Assembly: GCF_009914755.1 (NCBI RefSeq) | Contig: NC_060935.1 | Direction: 5' to 3' (one strand) | Length of the DNA: 64,000 bases | From: the human T2T-CHM13v2.0 reference genome, Homo sapiens | Shown: positions 13,001 through 26,570 of the stretch, in pieces | Layout of the letters: every line of letters begins with the position of its first letter | How positions within the stretch are numbered: the first letter of the stretch is position 1 | The notes under the pieces: model-generated | The model's input: only the letters and a program-made list of their open reading frames with translations | What the model was told of the DNA's origin: nothing | Database searches by the model: none | Translations under genes and position numbers: made by a program

Positions 13001-14068
13001 CCACCTAAACATCCATCAACCAACAAGTAGATAAAAAAAGTGATATATATATGTGATATATATATCACATTGATGTATATATCATATGTCATATATGTAT
13101 CACATTGATTATATATCATATATGATATATATCACAGTGATATATATCACATTGATTATATATCACATATATCATATATATCACATTGATATATATCACA
13201 TATATCATATATATCACATTGATATATATCACATATATCATATATATCACATTGATATATATCACATATATCATATATATCACATATATCACATTGATAT
13301 ATATCACATATATCACATTGATATATATCACATATATCACATTGATATATATCACATATATCACATTGATATATATCACATATATCACATTGATATATAT
13401 CACATATATCACATTGATATATATCACATTGATATATATCACATATATCACACTGATATATATCACATATATCACATTGATATATATCATATATATCACA
13501 TTGATATATCACATATATCATATATATCACATTGATACATATCACATATATCATATGTATCACATTGATATATATTACATATATCACATTGATATATATC
13601 ATATATATCACATATATCACATTGATATATATCATATATATCACATATATCACATTGATATATATATCACATATATCACATTGATATATATATATAGCAT
13701 AGAATACTACTCAGCCGTAAAAAGGAATGAAACAATGGCATTTGCAGCAACTCGAATGTAGTTGGAGACCATTATTCTAAGTGAAGTAACTCAGAAATCA
13801 AAAACCAAACTTCATATATTCTTACTTATAACCAAGAGCTAAGCTATGAGGATGCAAAAGCATAAGAATGATATAATTACATAATAGACTTTGGGGACTC
13901 AAGGGGAAAGGTGGGAGATGGATGAGGGATACAAGACTGCACATTGGGTACAGTGAACACTGCTCAGTTGACGGGTGTTCCAGAATCTCAGAAATCACCA
14001 CTAAAGACCTTATCCATGTAACCAAAACCACCTGTTTCCCAAAAACTATTGAAATAATAAAAAAAGAA
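7097..14068 (+). mobile_element. Near full-length, inactive L1PB-type LINE-1 (5'UTR about 7.1-8.7 kb, ORF1 about 8.7-9.7 kb, ORF2 about 9.76-13.8 kb, 3'UTR to about 14.07 kb)
   Basis: ORF2 peptides in track (ITILNVY...IVGDFNTP; [15 protein letters not shown]...HHDQVGF; [16 protein letters not shown]); L1PB-type 3' end CTAAGCTATGAGGATGCAAAAGCATAAGAATGAT...ATCACCACTAAAGACCTTATCCATGTAACCAAAACCACCTG; many stops and frameshifts. Confidence 0.9.
13040..13696. repeat. AT-rich minisatellite built from ATATATCAC / ATATATCAT / ATTGAT blocks (15, 24 and 33-bp units) inside L1 ORF2 3' end
   Basis: Directly visible; replaces the L1 segment between ATAAAAAAAG and GCATAGAATACTACTCAGCC. Confidence 0.95.
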
Positions 14069-14243
14069 TATAAGATCACCCCCCAAATCTATAAAAGTAA
14101 AGTAGCAAAACAAAAAGAAAGTAAAGGTTTAGATTACTACAGACAGTAAAAAGCAAACCAAAGGGACTGAATGAGTAACTGCATGTCAATGAATTACTTA
14201 GATAAAGTGAAAAATTTGTTAGAGAAATCTAGCATAAAAACTG

Positions 14244-14370
14244 GGCCAGGCTTGATGGCTCATGCCTGTAATCCAGCATTTTGGGAGCCTGGAGTGGGAG
14301 CATTGCTTGAGGACAAAGTCTGAGACCAATCCAGGAAACACAGCAAGTCTCTATAAAAATATTTTTAAAA
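14244..14370 (+). mobile_element. Alu monomer (FLAM-like)
   Basis: GGCCAGGCTTGATGGCTCATGCCTGTAATCC...GTCTCTATAAAAA, left-arm only. Confidence 0.75.
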
Positions 14371-15580
14371 ACAGAGAAGCAATACTATAAAATCTAAAAA
14401 AACTCTTATCTACTTTTTTAAAATAGGCTATTATTAAGAACTTTCCCTCAAATGAAACTCTAGCGCAAGATGGCTTCAGCAATGAAAATGATTAAGGAAG
14501 GGAAAACACCAATCCTACATAACTAGGTCAATTGGATTCCTACGTGGAAAAATAAAGCATAATGCGAAACAAACCGAAGTAAATTCCACAAGGATTGTAG
14601 ATATGAATGAAAAAGGTAAAATAGTCTCTTAATGGTACTATAAAAAAACATTTATATGACTCCTTTTCCTCCTCCCACCCCAACCAAGTGGTGGGAACAG
14701 GGGAGGCAGATGTACAATATGTAATATGTCTTCGATAGGTCACAGAAAGTACTAACCATAAAGAAAAAAATTGATAAATTGAACTCATTAAGTTAAGGGC
14801 ATATTCCTTAAAACACACCAACAAGAGAGTAAAAAAGCAAGTTAAACAATGGGAGAATATATTATAATATATATATATCACGCAAAGGAGTTATGTGGAA
14901 TAAAGAACTAATAAAAATTAATAAGGAAAAGCAGACAACTACTCAACAAATTGGCAAAAAATTGAACAAGTATTTCTTAAAAGAGATATTCAAAACCCCC
15001 ATAGGCATCTTGAAGACATACCAATGAAAACCACAATGAGAGATGACTATACACTCCACAGTGTGAAAAAAGTATTAGACTTTTCATATACTGCTGGTGG
15101 AAGTATAAATTAGTATATCTACTATGGAATACTGTTTGTCAATAGCTTCTAAAACTGAGTGTACAGCAACCCTGTCACTTGGTATTGCTCCACTACATCT
15201 ATAAAAAAGAGAAATATACCAAAAGATATACACAATTATGGACATAGTAGCATTATTCATAGTAGTTTCAAACTGGAAGTACCCTAAATGTCTATCAATA
15301 TTAGACTGGATTAAAGAAAATTATAGTCTATCAACAACCAATTACTGTTAAACACAACAGCAGATGAATATCAATGAGTATCATCATCATCATAGTTAGT
15401 AAAAGAACCCTGCCACAAAAAGCAAATACTATAAACTTCCATTTGATTGGAATTTAAAATAAGAGAAAACTAGTCTATCATGATAAAGGTCAGAATATTG
15501 ACTATTTCTTAGAATAACAATTATTGGAAGGAGGCACAAGGGAGGCTTCTGCATGTTGGTAATATCCTACACATTGATGA
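14371..15580 (+). mobile_element. Ancient L1 (L1ME/MC) ORF2 3' part and 3'UTR
   Basis: AAAACCACAATGAGAGATGACTATACAC, CTGCTGGTGGAAGTATAAATTAG, CAAACTGGAAGTACCCTAAATGTCTATCAA. Confidence 0.7.
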
Positions 15581-16869
15581 GGTAGCCTCATTTTTCAAAT
15601 AATTAAACTAAAAATCACAGCTATTAGTTTAATTATCTGGCTCATAGAGCCATTGAATTAAGAATACAGGAGGATGCAGAGCCTGGTTTTCTCATGTTGA
15701 CCATGGGACAACTGGAAATACAAGCTAGGGGCATCTATGGAAAGGGCAGTAATTGAGAGATTGAGAGACTGGATATTTCACTCTTGGGATCATGCTGGGT
15801 AGCAGATTTTTCTTCACCAATTGACAGTAACTAAAACATGCAATTTGGTATTCAGTGGTTTCTAAGCCATAGAGTCTCAGAAGCAGTTATATATTACCTT
15901 TCAATAATATGGGAAAACAGACTAGTAGACAAACAGCGAGGACGGCTTATATCATTACTCAGGGGTCCAGGAAAGAAAACTGTGTAAGCCACTGCCCTAC
16001 AAACATATTTTCCTGCCTCTGAGAAAATAGTGTTTTCCCAACAAGGGTTGACACTGAGTCAAGTATGCTTGTTTTATAATGGCAATGTTAGCTTTGATTT
16101 TAGATCCCTGCAGATGTTTTAAATTGTGAGTATACAAGTCCTAGAAAAACCTATGTCGCGAAAGCAAATACTTCAAAAAAAATTATTCCTTTTTTGTAGC
16201 TCATATGGTAGAAAATAATGTTATGAGAATTTTACTAATCTTAAAAATTGCTATTCTAAAACTATGCATTCTTCATACCATTTGGATAGGTTTACTAAAG
16301 TAACAATATTAAAGAAATAATTAAAAGAAGTGATAGTCTGAACTTGTATTTTTTAGAAATCAACTGCTTTACTAAAATAATTATCAAATGACTGCCAAGT
16401 ATTCAAGTGTCTAGGACATGGGCTTAATAGATAGTTTCTATCAAAATTAATTATATTTATATAGAAATAAAAAGAAAAAACGCTATATAACACTATTTAA
16501 ATGATATTAACATTCTCAAAGACAAAAATAATTGACCCCAAATCATATCTACTTTCACAAAAATAATACATCAGAGGTTAAATACTCACTAAGAAATCTT
16601 AAAAATAAGGCAAAATAGTAAATTAACTGAATGTTCAGAATATTGCTGTTATCTGTTAGCTATTTTTCAACTTTTACACAGTGGATGGGGTTAAGCATTT
16701 GTGTCTGAGCCTTGTCATGTATTTCACTATTTTGAGCATATCATCTGATCAGTTATAAAATCTGTTCCTGCCACAGGTATCACTGATTCAAAATTTCTAT
16801 GCATCAAAATATTTTTTAAAGTGTGTAAAATTTTTATGTTAAAAAGTTCATCTATACCAGTACTTCTGC

Positions 16870-17105
16870 TATTAATAATAGCCAATTTTATTAAATGCTT
16901 ACTGTTCACTAGACTCAGCTTAAGGTGATTTATTCATATTATTTTTATCAAATTAGTACAACAAGGCTAGAAGATAAATACCAGTATTGTTCCTGTTTTA
17001 GAGGTGAGGAAAATAAAGCCTGGAGAGGTGAAGTAGCTTATTCAAAGCCATGCAGTTTTTAAATAGTAGCTAGAATTCAAATTCTGGTAGTCTGAATCCA
17101 AACCC
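16870..17105 (-). mobile_element. MIR SINE
   Basis: MIR core CCTGTTTTAGAGGTGAGGAAAATAAAGCCTGGAGAGGTGAAGTAGCTTATTCAAAGCCATGCAG. Confidence 0.75.
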
Positions 17106-18395
17106 AATTTCATTAAATATATTTGTTTTTATATAAATATGAACATATGGTATGGAGAAAATAGTTATATACACCAAATGAGAATAAAAGTAACCCCAAA
17201 ACACAGAATTACATAATTTATCAGATATTCCAGAGATAATATGAAATGTTGAAGTAGCCATTAATAAGTTGCATTAATAAATTTGGAAAGTCATTAATAA
17301 AGTTTCAAAGTGTCTCAGAAATCAAAAAGGATGACAAGTAATATGAAGTTAGTTGTGATGAACAAAATATCCACTTTATAAAAAAGGGAGCTCTTAAATC
17401 TGTGCTTTCTGAAAGACTGGGCTCTTATATAGACTTTATAATTGTATATGAAAGACATACCAAAAGGAAATCTTTTAATATATATTAGTTAGGAAAGAGG
17501 CATATGTTCCAAATGATGCCCTTCATGTTAAAATATGGGAAGAAAAGAATGTTGAAAGGAGTCACATTAAAATGCTGAGGCTTTAAAAATTGTGTTACAT
17601 TTTCTTCAAATTGTGCACATGAAATACATACTACTTACATAGTCTCAAAAACAAATAGTTATAGGAATCAATAATACATACCTCCTGCAGTAATTTTACA
17701 TTTCTAACATTCTCATCTGATTCTTTATGATAAAAATAAAATCTTTTTTGTTGTGAGTTCTCTATGCACTGTAATTACATTGACACCTTACTGTAGATGG
17801 CACATTTTACAAGTTGAAAGTACACAGAATACGTTTTCTCTTTCCATTTCTAAACCTTCTAGTGTTTCTATTCATGTGGTGAAATACATTTTCAAAGCAA
17901 AATTTGCCTATCAGCCTCAGTTAAGAGGAGTCTATGGAAGTGAGAGAGACAGAGGACCAGTTGGAAAAAAAAAAAAAAGAATATGCTATTATTTTCCTTT
18001 ATCTTTGAAAATAACTTGGAAAGTATTTTAATGTCAATGTTAAAATATTAACATTAGGAATATTGTTAAAGGATAAAGAAAATATTTTAGTATTAAAAAT
18101 CATAGGTGATATATATTTTGTTTTGGACGACAGAACATTTTCATATGGAAAGCAGTGGTTACTAGGTGAGGTGTGGAGTCTATGGCCCATGCCTTCTATT
18201 CTTCAGGACTAGATTACTTTACTCTTTATTGACTAGCTTTCCTGTTGGGTCACTAAATCAGACAGCGCCCTTTAGACATCTTTCTTTTATACAATGAAGA
18301 TGAATGTGTTTCATTGCAACTGCTCCAGGCTAGTCAGTAAGTTTGTTTGCTCCTTTTTTTAAAAAATAATAAATTGTATTAAAAATAATATTAAG

Positions 18396-18726
18396 GGCCA
18401 GGCACAGTGGCTCATGCCTGTAATCCCAGCACTTTGGGAGGCCCAGGCGAGTGCGTCACTTGAGGTCAGGAGTTCAAGACCAGTCTGGATAGCATGGCAA
18501 AGCCCTGAAACCCCATCTCTACAAAATATATAAAATTTAGCCAGGCATGGTGGCTCTCACCTGCAGTCCCAGCAACTCCAGAGGCTGAAGTTGCAGGATT
18601 GCTTGAGCCTGGGAGGCAGAGGTTGCATGCAGAGAGCCAAGATTGCACTACTGCACTCCAGCCTGGGCAACAGAGCGAGAACCTGTTTCATAATAATAAT
18701 AATAATAATAATTAATAATAATAATC
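18396..18726 (+). mobile_element. Alu (AluJ/old AluS) with (TAA)n tail
   Basis: Full dimer; TSD AATAA(T/C)ATTAAG at 18384-18395 and 18727-18738. Confidence 0.9.
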
Positions 18727-19044
18727 AATAACATTAAGTGTATGAAGCATGATGCAGCCTATCTCTTCAATTAGGGTTCACAGAGACTATTATTTGTAGT
18801 TGGCACTAGATGGATTTAGACGTCATCTGAAAACAGGATTACATTTGTTGTCAGGACAACTTTTTCTTCAGTACTTGGGTATATCAAACTTAGGAAATAA
18901 TTGTTTATACCAACATATTTCTAAAAACAAAAGATGTCTCAAAAGTATTTTTCATACTAGACTTTTATCATTTAAAATATTGCTGTACACTAATATGCTA
19001 ATTATACATATGAGAAAACTGAGGCACAAAAAATGGCATGGCTA

Positions 19045-19205
19045 TTCATTAGTTGATTTTTCACTAGTGATATTTATTAATTATTATTCATCAAATGCAG
19101 TGCTGTGTGCTGGGAATATGATGATAGATAAGAATGCAGGCAAGAATGCCCTAAAGTAGGTTGCAGCTCACAGGAGAAAATGGACTAAATAGGAAATTAT
19201 AATAC
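19045..19205 (-). mobile_element. L2 3'-end fragment
   Basis: ATATTTATTAATTATT...CAGTGCTGTGTGCTGGGAATATG...AATGCCCT. Confidence 0.5.
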
Positions 19206-19879
19206 TTGTTAAAAATATCTCTGATATGGAGAAATAATGTGGTTTGAACAGACTTTAAAGGCCCTGATTTTTCTACTACATAATAATATGTCAACGAAAC
19301 ATCAAACTACATCAAAAAACCCAGTAAAGGAGACCGGCTTGGGATATATAAAACATAAATTTTCTTTAAAAATTTTGAAAGATCTATTCATTCTGAAAAC
19401 AATGTTGCATGACGAATTTTATTCTAATCAATAATTTGTATCATTTGAATTATGTGTGGAAATTTTTCTTACATTGGACAAACAGACTCAGTACTATCAG
19501 TAGTTTATACTTTCTGTAGCTAATGATATATTAGATCATAATATAATAAAATAATATATGTCATTATATCCAGAACTTAAATATATATCTTCAGATATAT
19601 AATGTATCATTTTCATATTTTTTCTTTGAAAAATCTGAAGAGAGGCAGGGTCTTTGAACATATTTTTAGAAAAAATCAAATTACTATATGTAAAACTCAT
19701 TATCTACAATAAGAAAGCAAAATTTTGCTAAGCACATTAATGAGAGTTGTAGGAAAATTCACAGTAGAGTTTGATCAAAATCAAACAAAGGAATGAGAAT
19801 AGTAAATATTCATTTAATCCTTCCCTTATATCATGGTTTGTGTTGAAAATTTACAGATATCATTTTATTTAAACAATAT

Positions 19880-19990
19880 AAAATGTTTAGAGCTTGAAGG
19901 CCCCTAAATAACATCTAATACAGTACCTAACTCAGATGAGGAAACTGAACCCAAAGGAATAAATGGTAATCATCTAGAAGTCTTGACTCT
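19880..19990 (-). mobile_element. MIR/MIR3 fragment
   Basis: TTAGAGCTTGAAGGCCCCT...CAGATGAGGAAACTGAACCCAAAG. Confidence 0.6.
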
Positions 19991-20189
19991 GTCTAATGAT
20001 TTTTTTAAAATCCACATGTGATCTCACTTTGAGAATCAGGAAGACTGATTTGCAATAATGCTTCTTGCATTATAGTATTAGATTATATTACATACTTAAT
20101 TTTATCGCAGATGAGATTTAAATGCATTTTGCAAAACCATGTATAAATAAATATGCCATTTTTAAAAACCTATCATTGGATTTAAACCT

Positions 20190-20213
20190 ACACACACACA
20201 CACACACACACAC
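20190..20213. repeat. (CA)n microsatellite
   Basis: Directly visible. Confidence 0.95.
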
Positions 20214-22479
20214 GTGTCTCTCAGCATGAGTCCACATGATTTGAGAGATGAAAAACCCAGTTTACAACCGTGTCCTCTATGTAGCTTGCACAGATGGCAT
20301 ATTCTTTTTGAGATGTAATTGGGCCGAACTCAGTGACCTAACTACCCTCTCATTCTGCTACAAAACACCCATAATACTCAGTAAAAAAGTTTACACCTCA
20401 GAAAAACAAATGCTCTAAGAAAGACCATATGTTTAAAAAAAAAATGTTTCCCAAAATGAAGACCCTGAACTTCTTACCTAGGGTCCTTTTTTTTCTGGCC
20501 AAAAATATTCTCTGAAATTCTATTCCATATAAACATGCCACTCATCTGCACCCACCTGGAAGGTGGCACAGTTTTCCAGAATTCATGTGGTTCCAAGTTT
20601 AATCTCCATGACACAATTGACACAGTTGCTGGCAATTTCTAAGAAGTGGCCCTTGAAGTATTACAGGACACTGTGTACTTTTTGATTTTAGTCATTTTTA
20701 TCCAGGTATATTTAGAGAAGAATTAAAATATATCATTGAAATGGGGACACACATCACCAAAGTACAATGACATTGCAGCAGAGATTTTGTGGGAGTGTAA
20801 TCTCACCCAATTCGTTTTCCTGAGATGAATCTAATCTGTTTGGTCTGTTGATAGCTCGGAGACCTTTAGTACTTAATTCGTAACTCCTGAGGGTTCATTG
20901 ATTGTCCAGTCCCTCCTGGGGCTCTCAGAGGTGCTGGGCACACATACTAAGGCACCAGGGCAATCTTCAACATTCAAGCCAAGCCAAGCCAAGCCAAGAG
21001 TACTTTTGTTTTAAGTATTACTTGTACTGCTCTTTAATATACCAAAAGCAGAAGAAAACTTTCAGCGAAAAGATGCAAACATTGTCCCCACAGAAGTAAG
21101 AACTTGTAATTTTTCAGTGGATTTTCTGTTAATGTCAGCATATGCCTAGGAGTACAATTTAGCCTGGCTTCACACATTTTGGCAGCCAAGGATATTGGAA
21201 AGACCGTGCTCCTTTTCCACTTATTAATCAGGTATTGAATTGATTCTAGGCAGAAAGCTTTCTGAATAGTTTATTTTCTAATTGTATATGGTAATTTTCT
21301 AATATAAAAAGTGGGATGTCTTTGAAGCCCTGACTAGGCAGGCTCTACATTGTGTCAATATAAAAAATAAAGTAAAATGCACAGTATTATATATATTATG
21401 GATAATTTGCAGATCATTTCCCAGGATATTTAATGTTTACTCTCTGGCCTTATCCTTCAAGAAAACAATCAATCTTGTCAGAAACATATAACTTTTCATT
21501 TCATTAGGAACTACCTTCCCATTAAGAAATGAGAATACAACACAGATGACAGAAAAGAGGAAAAGCGTGGATTATTTAACAGAAAGAACTCGGCCTCCTG
21601 TATTCAGCAACCATTTTTCTGAAGCTGTCTTATTGTAATTACAAAGATAAAGCTACAGTTTCTTCCCATTCCTTGTCTCTTACACATTTGGCTAACATTT
21701 GCAAGCCATGAAGGTAGAAAGTTTACTAAAATATTTATATTTAAGAATTTTTAATTCATTTAAACAGTAGCTATTGTGGGCATATCATAACACACAAAGT
21801 CAGAATAAATAAATAATAAATAAATAAATATCTTAGGCAATCAGGATTTGAGACATCCACTGCAGCACATAGCATACTCTCTGAGAGCTTACAGTTAAGC
21901 GGAATGATAAATATGACTTCAAGCTATATTTGTATAAGGGATATGGGACTTCTGATAAATATGAGTAATAAAGCCAAAGTAGGCTGTACCTTATTGACTA
22001 TTTTGGATGCAAGACCCTCATAAAGCACACCTTCCCAGTTGACCTATCTCATTATCCTGGACATCAAGCTCCTCTAAGTTGCTGGCATGGCCTTTTGGAT
22101 GTAAGAGCTAGAAAGTGACTACTTGAGGCTGACGCATTTTTAATAATGGCAAACCTGAGATACCTTTTGGCAGAAATTGCAATTGATTCCAAGGTGATTA
22201 GCATATATTCCAGCTGCAGCCAGCCCTTCTGCTGATTTCCCCAATGAACTGTGAACCTCAGAAGTGTTTTGCTGACCTTGTGTTGAATGTGCTTTTCTGG
22301 AATTCCCACTTGGAAAGATATAAAATATATTTAACTCACAGTGGCAGCTGTCTTTTGCTTACTGGTTAACTTGGGTGGTGATGGCACCTGGGTCCAAATC
22401 ATAGCAATATCATCTTGGATGGAAAATGATAATAACAGTCAAAGACAGAGACAGATAACCCAACTATAACGATAAATTA

Positions 22480-22615
22480 ATAGGGTGAAACTTTAGAACT
22501 GTACAATAATTTATAATTCAAATACTGTGGATTTGTTTAAAATATTCACCTGAAGTGGCAGTACAATTGTCCCGGTGCTGCTACCATTGATCAAAACAGT
22601 TTAGGAACATTGAAT
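22480..22615. mobile_element. MARNA-like (mariner-derived) DNA transposon fragment
   Basis: TTCACCTGAAGTGGCAGTACAATTGTCCCGGTGCTGCTACCATTGATCAAAACAGTTTAGGAAC resembles recalled MARNA GATGCTGCCATTGCTCAAAACATTTTTGGAAC. Confidence 0.5.
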
Positions 22616-23954
22616 TTTATTGTAAAAAATCTCTGATACTTTTAGTTACTTTTAGATGAATCACTCTCATTTACATATTTTTTTCTGTCACAACCAGCAT
22701 TAAGCCTACAAATAATGCATTAGCACTAGTTTGAAATTGCAGGGAGCTGCACCTGTAATATCATAATCATGGAATTTTAAATTATTTTCATGAAAGGTTA
22801 GTTTTAAAGTCTCTCTAAGGAAATTTTTACTACAGTTTTTATACGCCACATCCTTCTGATAAAATCAAATCACCCCAAGGGACACACTAGGTAAATCTAT
22901 AGTATCTATTAATATACCATTCCTAGATTATTGGATAAGATGATAGCAAACATAATGAAAATTTCCATTTGACATTTATATCGTTCAAAAAAAGAAAAAT
23001 ATATCTCCGAAGTCCCATTTCAAACAAAATACATGTAGAAATAAGCGTCCCATAGTCTGAAGCAAGGATATTTTTAAATGTAAATTTTGATTTTGAATAA
23101 GCTAACATTGTAAAAGGAGAATAGCAGTTACGTGAATCTTGAGATGTCTTTCATTTACGGACATAGCCATTTTGCAAAATGCTAATTAAGTTCCTAATGT
23201 GCAGTAGGTTACGCAGAGATTGGAGATTCTTAGATAAAGCACGAAAGAGTTGGCAATTTTATAGGGAATAAATTAATTCCCGTGTTCCTGAAAAATAGCT
23301 CACGGTTTGATCAGTAAATATTAACTCAATGACAGCTTAGAATTCAGGATAACTTCAGAGCTGGAGGAATGAGATAGTTCAGTATGTATTTCATAAGGTA
23401 AGAGAGAGGGGCAAATTTAAATACACATCTGCAGTAATGGAGCAGGGAAGGATCACTATCATTTGTTGTCTGGAGATGTAGTGCAGATTGAATTCAAAGA
23501 TATGATTTGCAACAGCTAGCAACAAAGATCTCTGTTTTCTCATTAACTGGGAATGTGAAGAGAAATCTCATTCATGGACTGATGATAAAGGTTAAATGAT
23601 GTAATTTCAAAAAAAGAGAAAATAGCAGGACCAGCAACAGCACAAATAAAAACTTGATCCACGAAGGAGGTGACAGTTGACATTGAAGATCACTTCAGAA
23701 AATGCTTAATATTTAATATATGTGGAAAAGTGAAAATAATGCATATCATTACCTCACTCCACACACAAAATGAATTTCAGGTAATTAAATACATACGTCT
23801 TAAAAGTAAAACTATATAACTTTTCAAAAAATATGAACGAATACTCATGATTTGTAAGCATTTACTAAACAAGAGAAAATAAAAGTACAAGCTATAAAAG
23901 TGGAGACTGCGTAATAAATGTTAATTAATTACATCAGAGAATTTTATTTATCCT

Positions 23955-24430
23955 AATATTTGTTACTCAGTTTTCAGTGCTTGAGAATACATCAGTAAGC
24001 AAGACAAAGATCTTTGCTCTCTTGGGGTTTATATCCTAGTAACGAGACATACTGCAAACAATTTTTTTAATGCACATTATAAAAATGTCATTACACAATA
24101 TGTTAGAAAGTTACACAGGGTTAAGTTAAAAGTAGACTAAAGACATTGGAATTTCTGAAGTGAGAATTAAGAGAAATTGTCATTTTTTAAGGGAAACCTG
24201 GGTAGGTCTTGTGAAAAGGTGATGTTTGGAAAAAAAATATTGGAAAGAGATAAAGCATCAACAACCATGGAGATAACTGGGGGGAAAGCATTCCTGGGAC
24301 AAGGAAGAGTGTGTACAATAGTCTTAAATATAAAAAGTTTTCATGTATTTGAGAACACGATGAGGTCAATATAGCTAAAGCAGAGTGAGCAAAGGGCAGA
24401 ATATTAGTAGGCAATATCAGAGGTAGAATG
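23955..24430 (-). mobile_element. L2a-like fragment
   Basis: CAAGACAAAGATCTTTGCTCTCTTGGGGTTTATATCCTAG; GGGGGAAAGCATTCCTGGGACAAGGAAGAG; AGCAGAGTGAGCAAAGGG. Confidence 0.75.
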
Positions 24431-24449
24431 ATCAAATAGAATATTGATT

Positions 24450-25810
24450 TCCATGTTATGTTTCAAAAATCGTTGCTTATTCTGGATAATAAAGATATTC
24501 ACACGCATTTTATTCTTAAAGTTTAATGTTTTGACTCTTACAACTTGCGATATGTTTAATTACATGGAGCTGTCACTCATCTTCAGAGAATTGTTATAAT
24601 GGAGGAGGCAGCTCTCATGTCACAAATCTGTACATTTTTCCAGAAAAGCTGTGTTCATGAATTTTAATGTTAAATATCATATAAGTAAAATTTTTTCACA
24701 TTGATTATTTTCTATAAGAGGAAATTATCTAATTATATATATATATTTCTTATTGAAAATGAAGTACTCTACCACTGGTCAATGAATAGTCCCTCTTATT
24801 TCCACTGCTTTCTTTTGCCACCAGTGCCATATCATTTTATTTATGCATATGTTGTATTCTGGGTTATTCTGGTCTTGCTTGGTCTATTCCTATAATAAAA
24901 TGCATGGTATTGCTCACTATAGTTTTGTAATAATCCCTGTTACCTTGTGCCTCTGATGGAGAAATTGTCTTGCTATTGTTGGTCCTTTGATCTTTGTTTA
25001 AAAAAATAGAATTAGTTTGCCAAGTTCCACCAGAAATAACAATTTTAAGAATGTGAATAAAATTACACTAAACGGATAGGTTAATATAAGGAAAACTGAC
25101 ACTTTTAGAAAACTGCGTCTGACAGTTACCTCTTATATATCCCCATTGAGTCAGAATCATTTTATACATATTTAAAAATATATATTTATTTCAATTACTT
25201 TATAGCTTTTAAATTGTGTAAAATTTTAAAATTACATCTCTAACGGTTCCTGGCATATACAATTCTTATTGATTTTTGAAATATGTGTCTTATATATAGC
25301 AGACTTATTAATCTCTATCATTTATAACTTTAGCTGTACATTCATTTATGTTTCTGAGTAGGAAATCATAGTATCATTGAATAATGATTTTTTTCTTTAT
25401 AATTCCTAAATTGTAATTTTATTGTTTTATTTTTCTATACTTTTGTCTGACTTGATCTGTCTAGGTCCTTCAATCCAGTGTTAAGTAGAAATCAGGTTGT
25501 TGGACACTTGTTTCCTTCCTGACTTCTAAAAAAATTTTTTTATTGTGTGACTTTGGATGTATGATATTTGTAGACACATTTTAACCTGGTAAGGAAATTC
25601 AGTTCTATTTTAAGGTAAGGTTTTTTTAAAAACCACAGTTGTTGATAGTTTCACAGATAATTTTGCCTCTGGTTCAATAATTTTATTTATATGTTTTTTT
25701 ACTTTAATCCATTAATGTGGTAAATAATGCATTCCTGAGATAAACCTAACTTGCTCATGATATATTTTTATGCACATTTATAGATTTTATTTGCAAATAT
25801 CATGTCTAAG
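24450..25810 (-). mobile_element. Ancient L1 ORF2 relic
   Basis: T-rich antisense L1 motifs TTGTCTTGCTATTGTTGGTCCTTTG, TAGAATTAGTTTGCCAAGTTCC, GCATTCCTGAGATAAACCTAACTTG. Confidence 0.65.
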
Positions 25811-26444
25811 AAAAAATATGATGAATTCGTTGTTCATAATCTTCAAACAAATATCACAAGGTTAAATTTAAGCATGTTCCATTGACATGTTTTGTTTGGC
25901 CTTATGTTTCAAAATTTTAAAATTGTTAAAAAAGAAACTTTTGCCAATCTGGAGATTTAACATTAAAATCCATAGTCCCAACTTTTCTTGAAAAAAATCT
26001 ACGGATTTGCTAACATAAGAGCTATCTCCTCCATTACAAGAATTATCTGAATGTGAATGACAGCTGCAACATATAATCAAGAAAAACAAAGCTTGCCAGA
26101 GTTCTGACTACTGTCTGTGGTTTAGACTTATCCCACTTACATGATTTCCATAACAGTTCTGGCACACACAGCCCTTTTCTTGTATTTTTCATCTCTTCTT
26201 CTCTTCGCTACCTTTGGAAACAAAGAACTGAATCCAATTTCTAAGAACATGATACTAGTAGCAAGAAATATTTCTGTGCACATGAGTGTATATATCCTTT
26301 TATCTAGCAATAATAAATATGTAATCAACTTTTATTTTATGCTATATTGTTAGAAATACCAGAATTAAATTTAGTGGGGTTTTTTTTTGAAGCACACTTC
26401 CCATTGAAATAATTGCAACATCTCTCTAAAATAGGAGTTAGTTT

Positions 26445-26570
26445 TGAGTTTCATCTGAGTCACAAATTGTGTAATCTTAGCCTAGTAACTTTATGCCTGC
26501 TTTCTTATTTGCAAAATGGAGATAATTTTAATTTCCATCATTTCATAACACTGTTTTAAGTATCAAATAT
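26445..26570 (+). mobile_element. MIR fragment
   Basis: TGTGTAATCTTAG...TTTCTTATTTGCAAAATGGAGATAAT. Confidence 0.55.

Noticed and set aside
13040-13696. CRISPR-like or protein-coding repeat array
   Set aside because: No unique spacers, eukaryotic L1 context and no cas genes; the ORFs follow from unit lengths being multiples of three
7085-14080. TSD for the L1PB element
   Set aside because: Only weak A-rich similarity (AAATCAGAATTA versus AAAAAAGAATAT); not convincing
20975-20998. (CCAAG)4 repeat
   Set aside because: Too short to be meaningful
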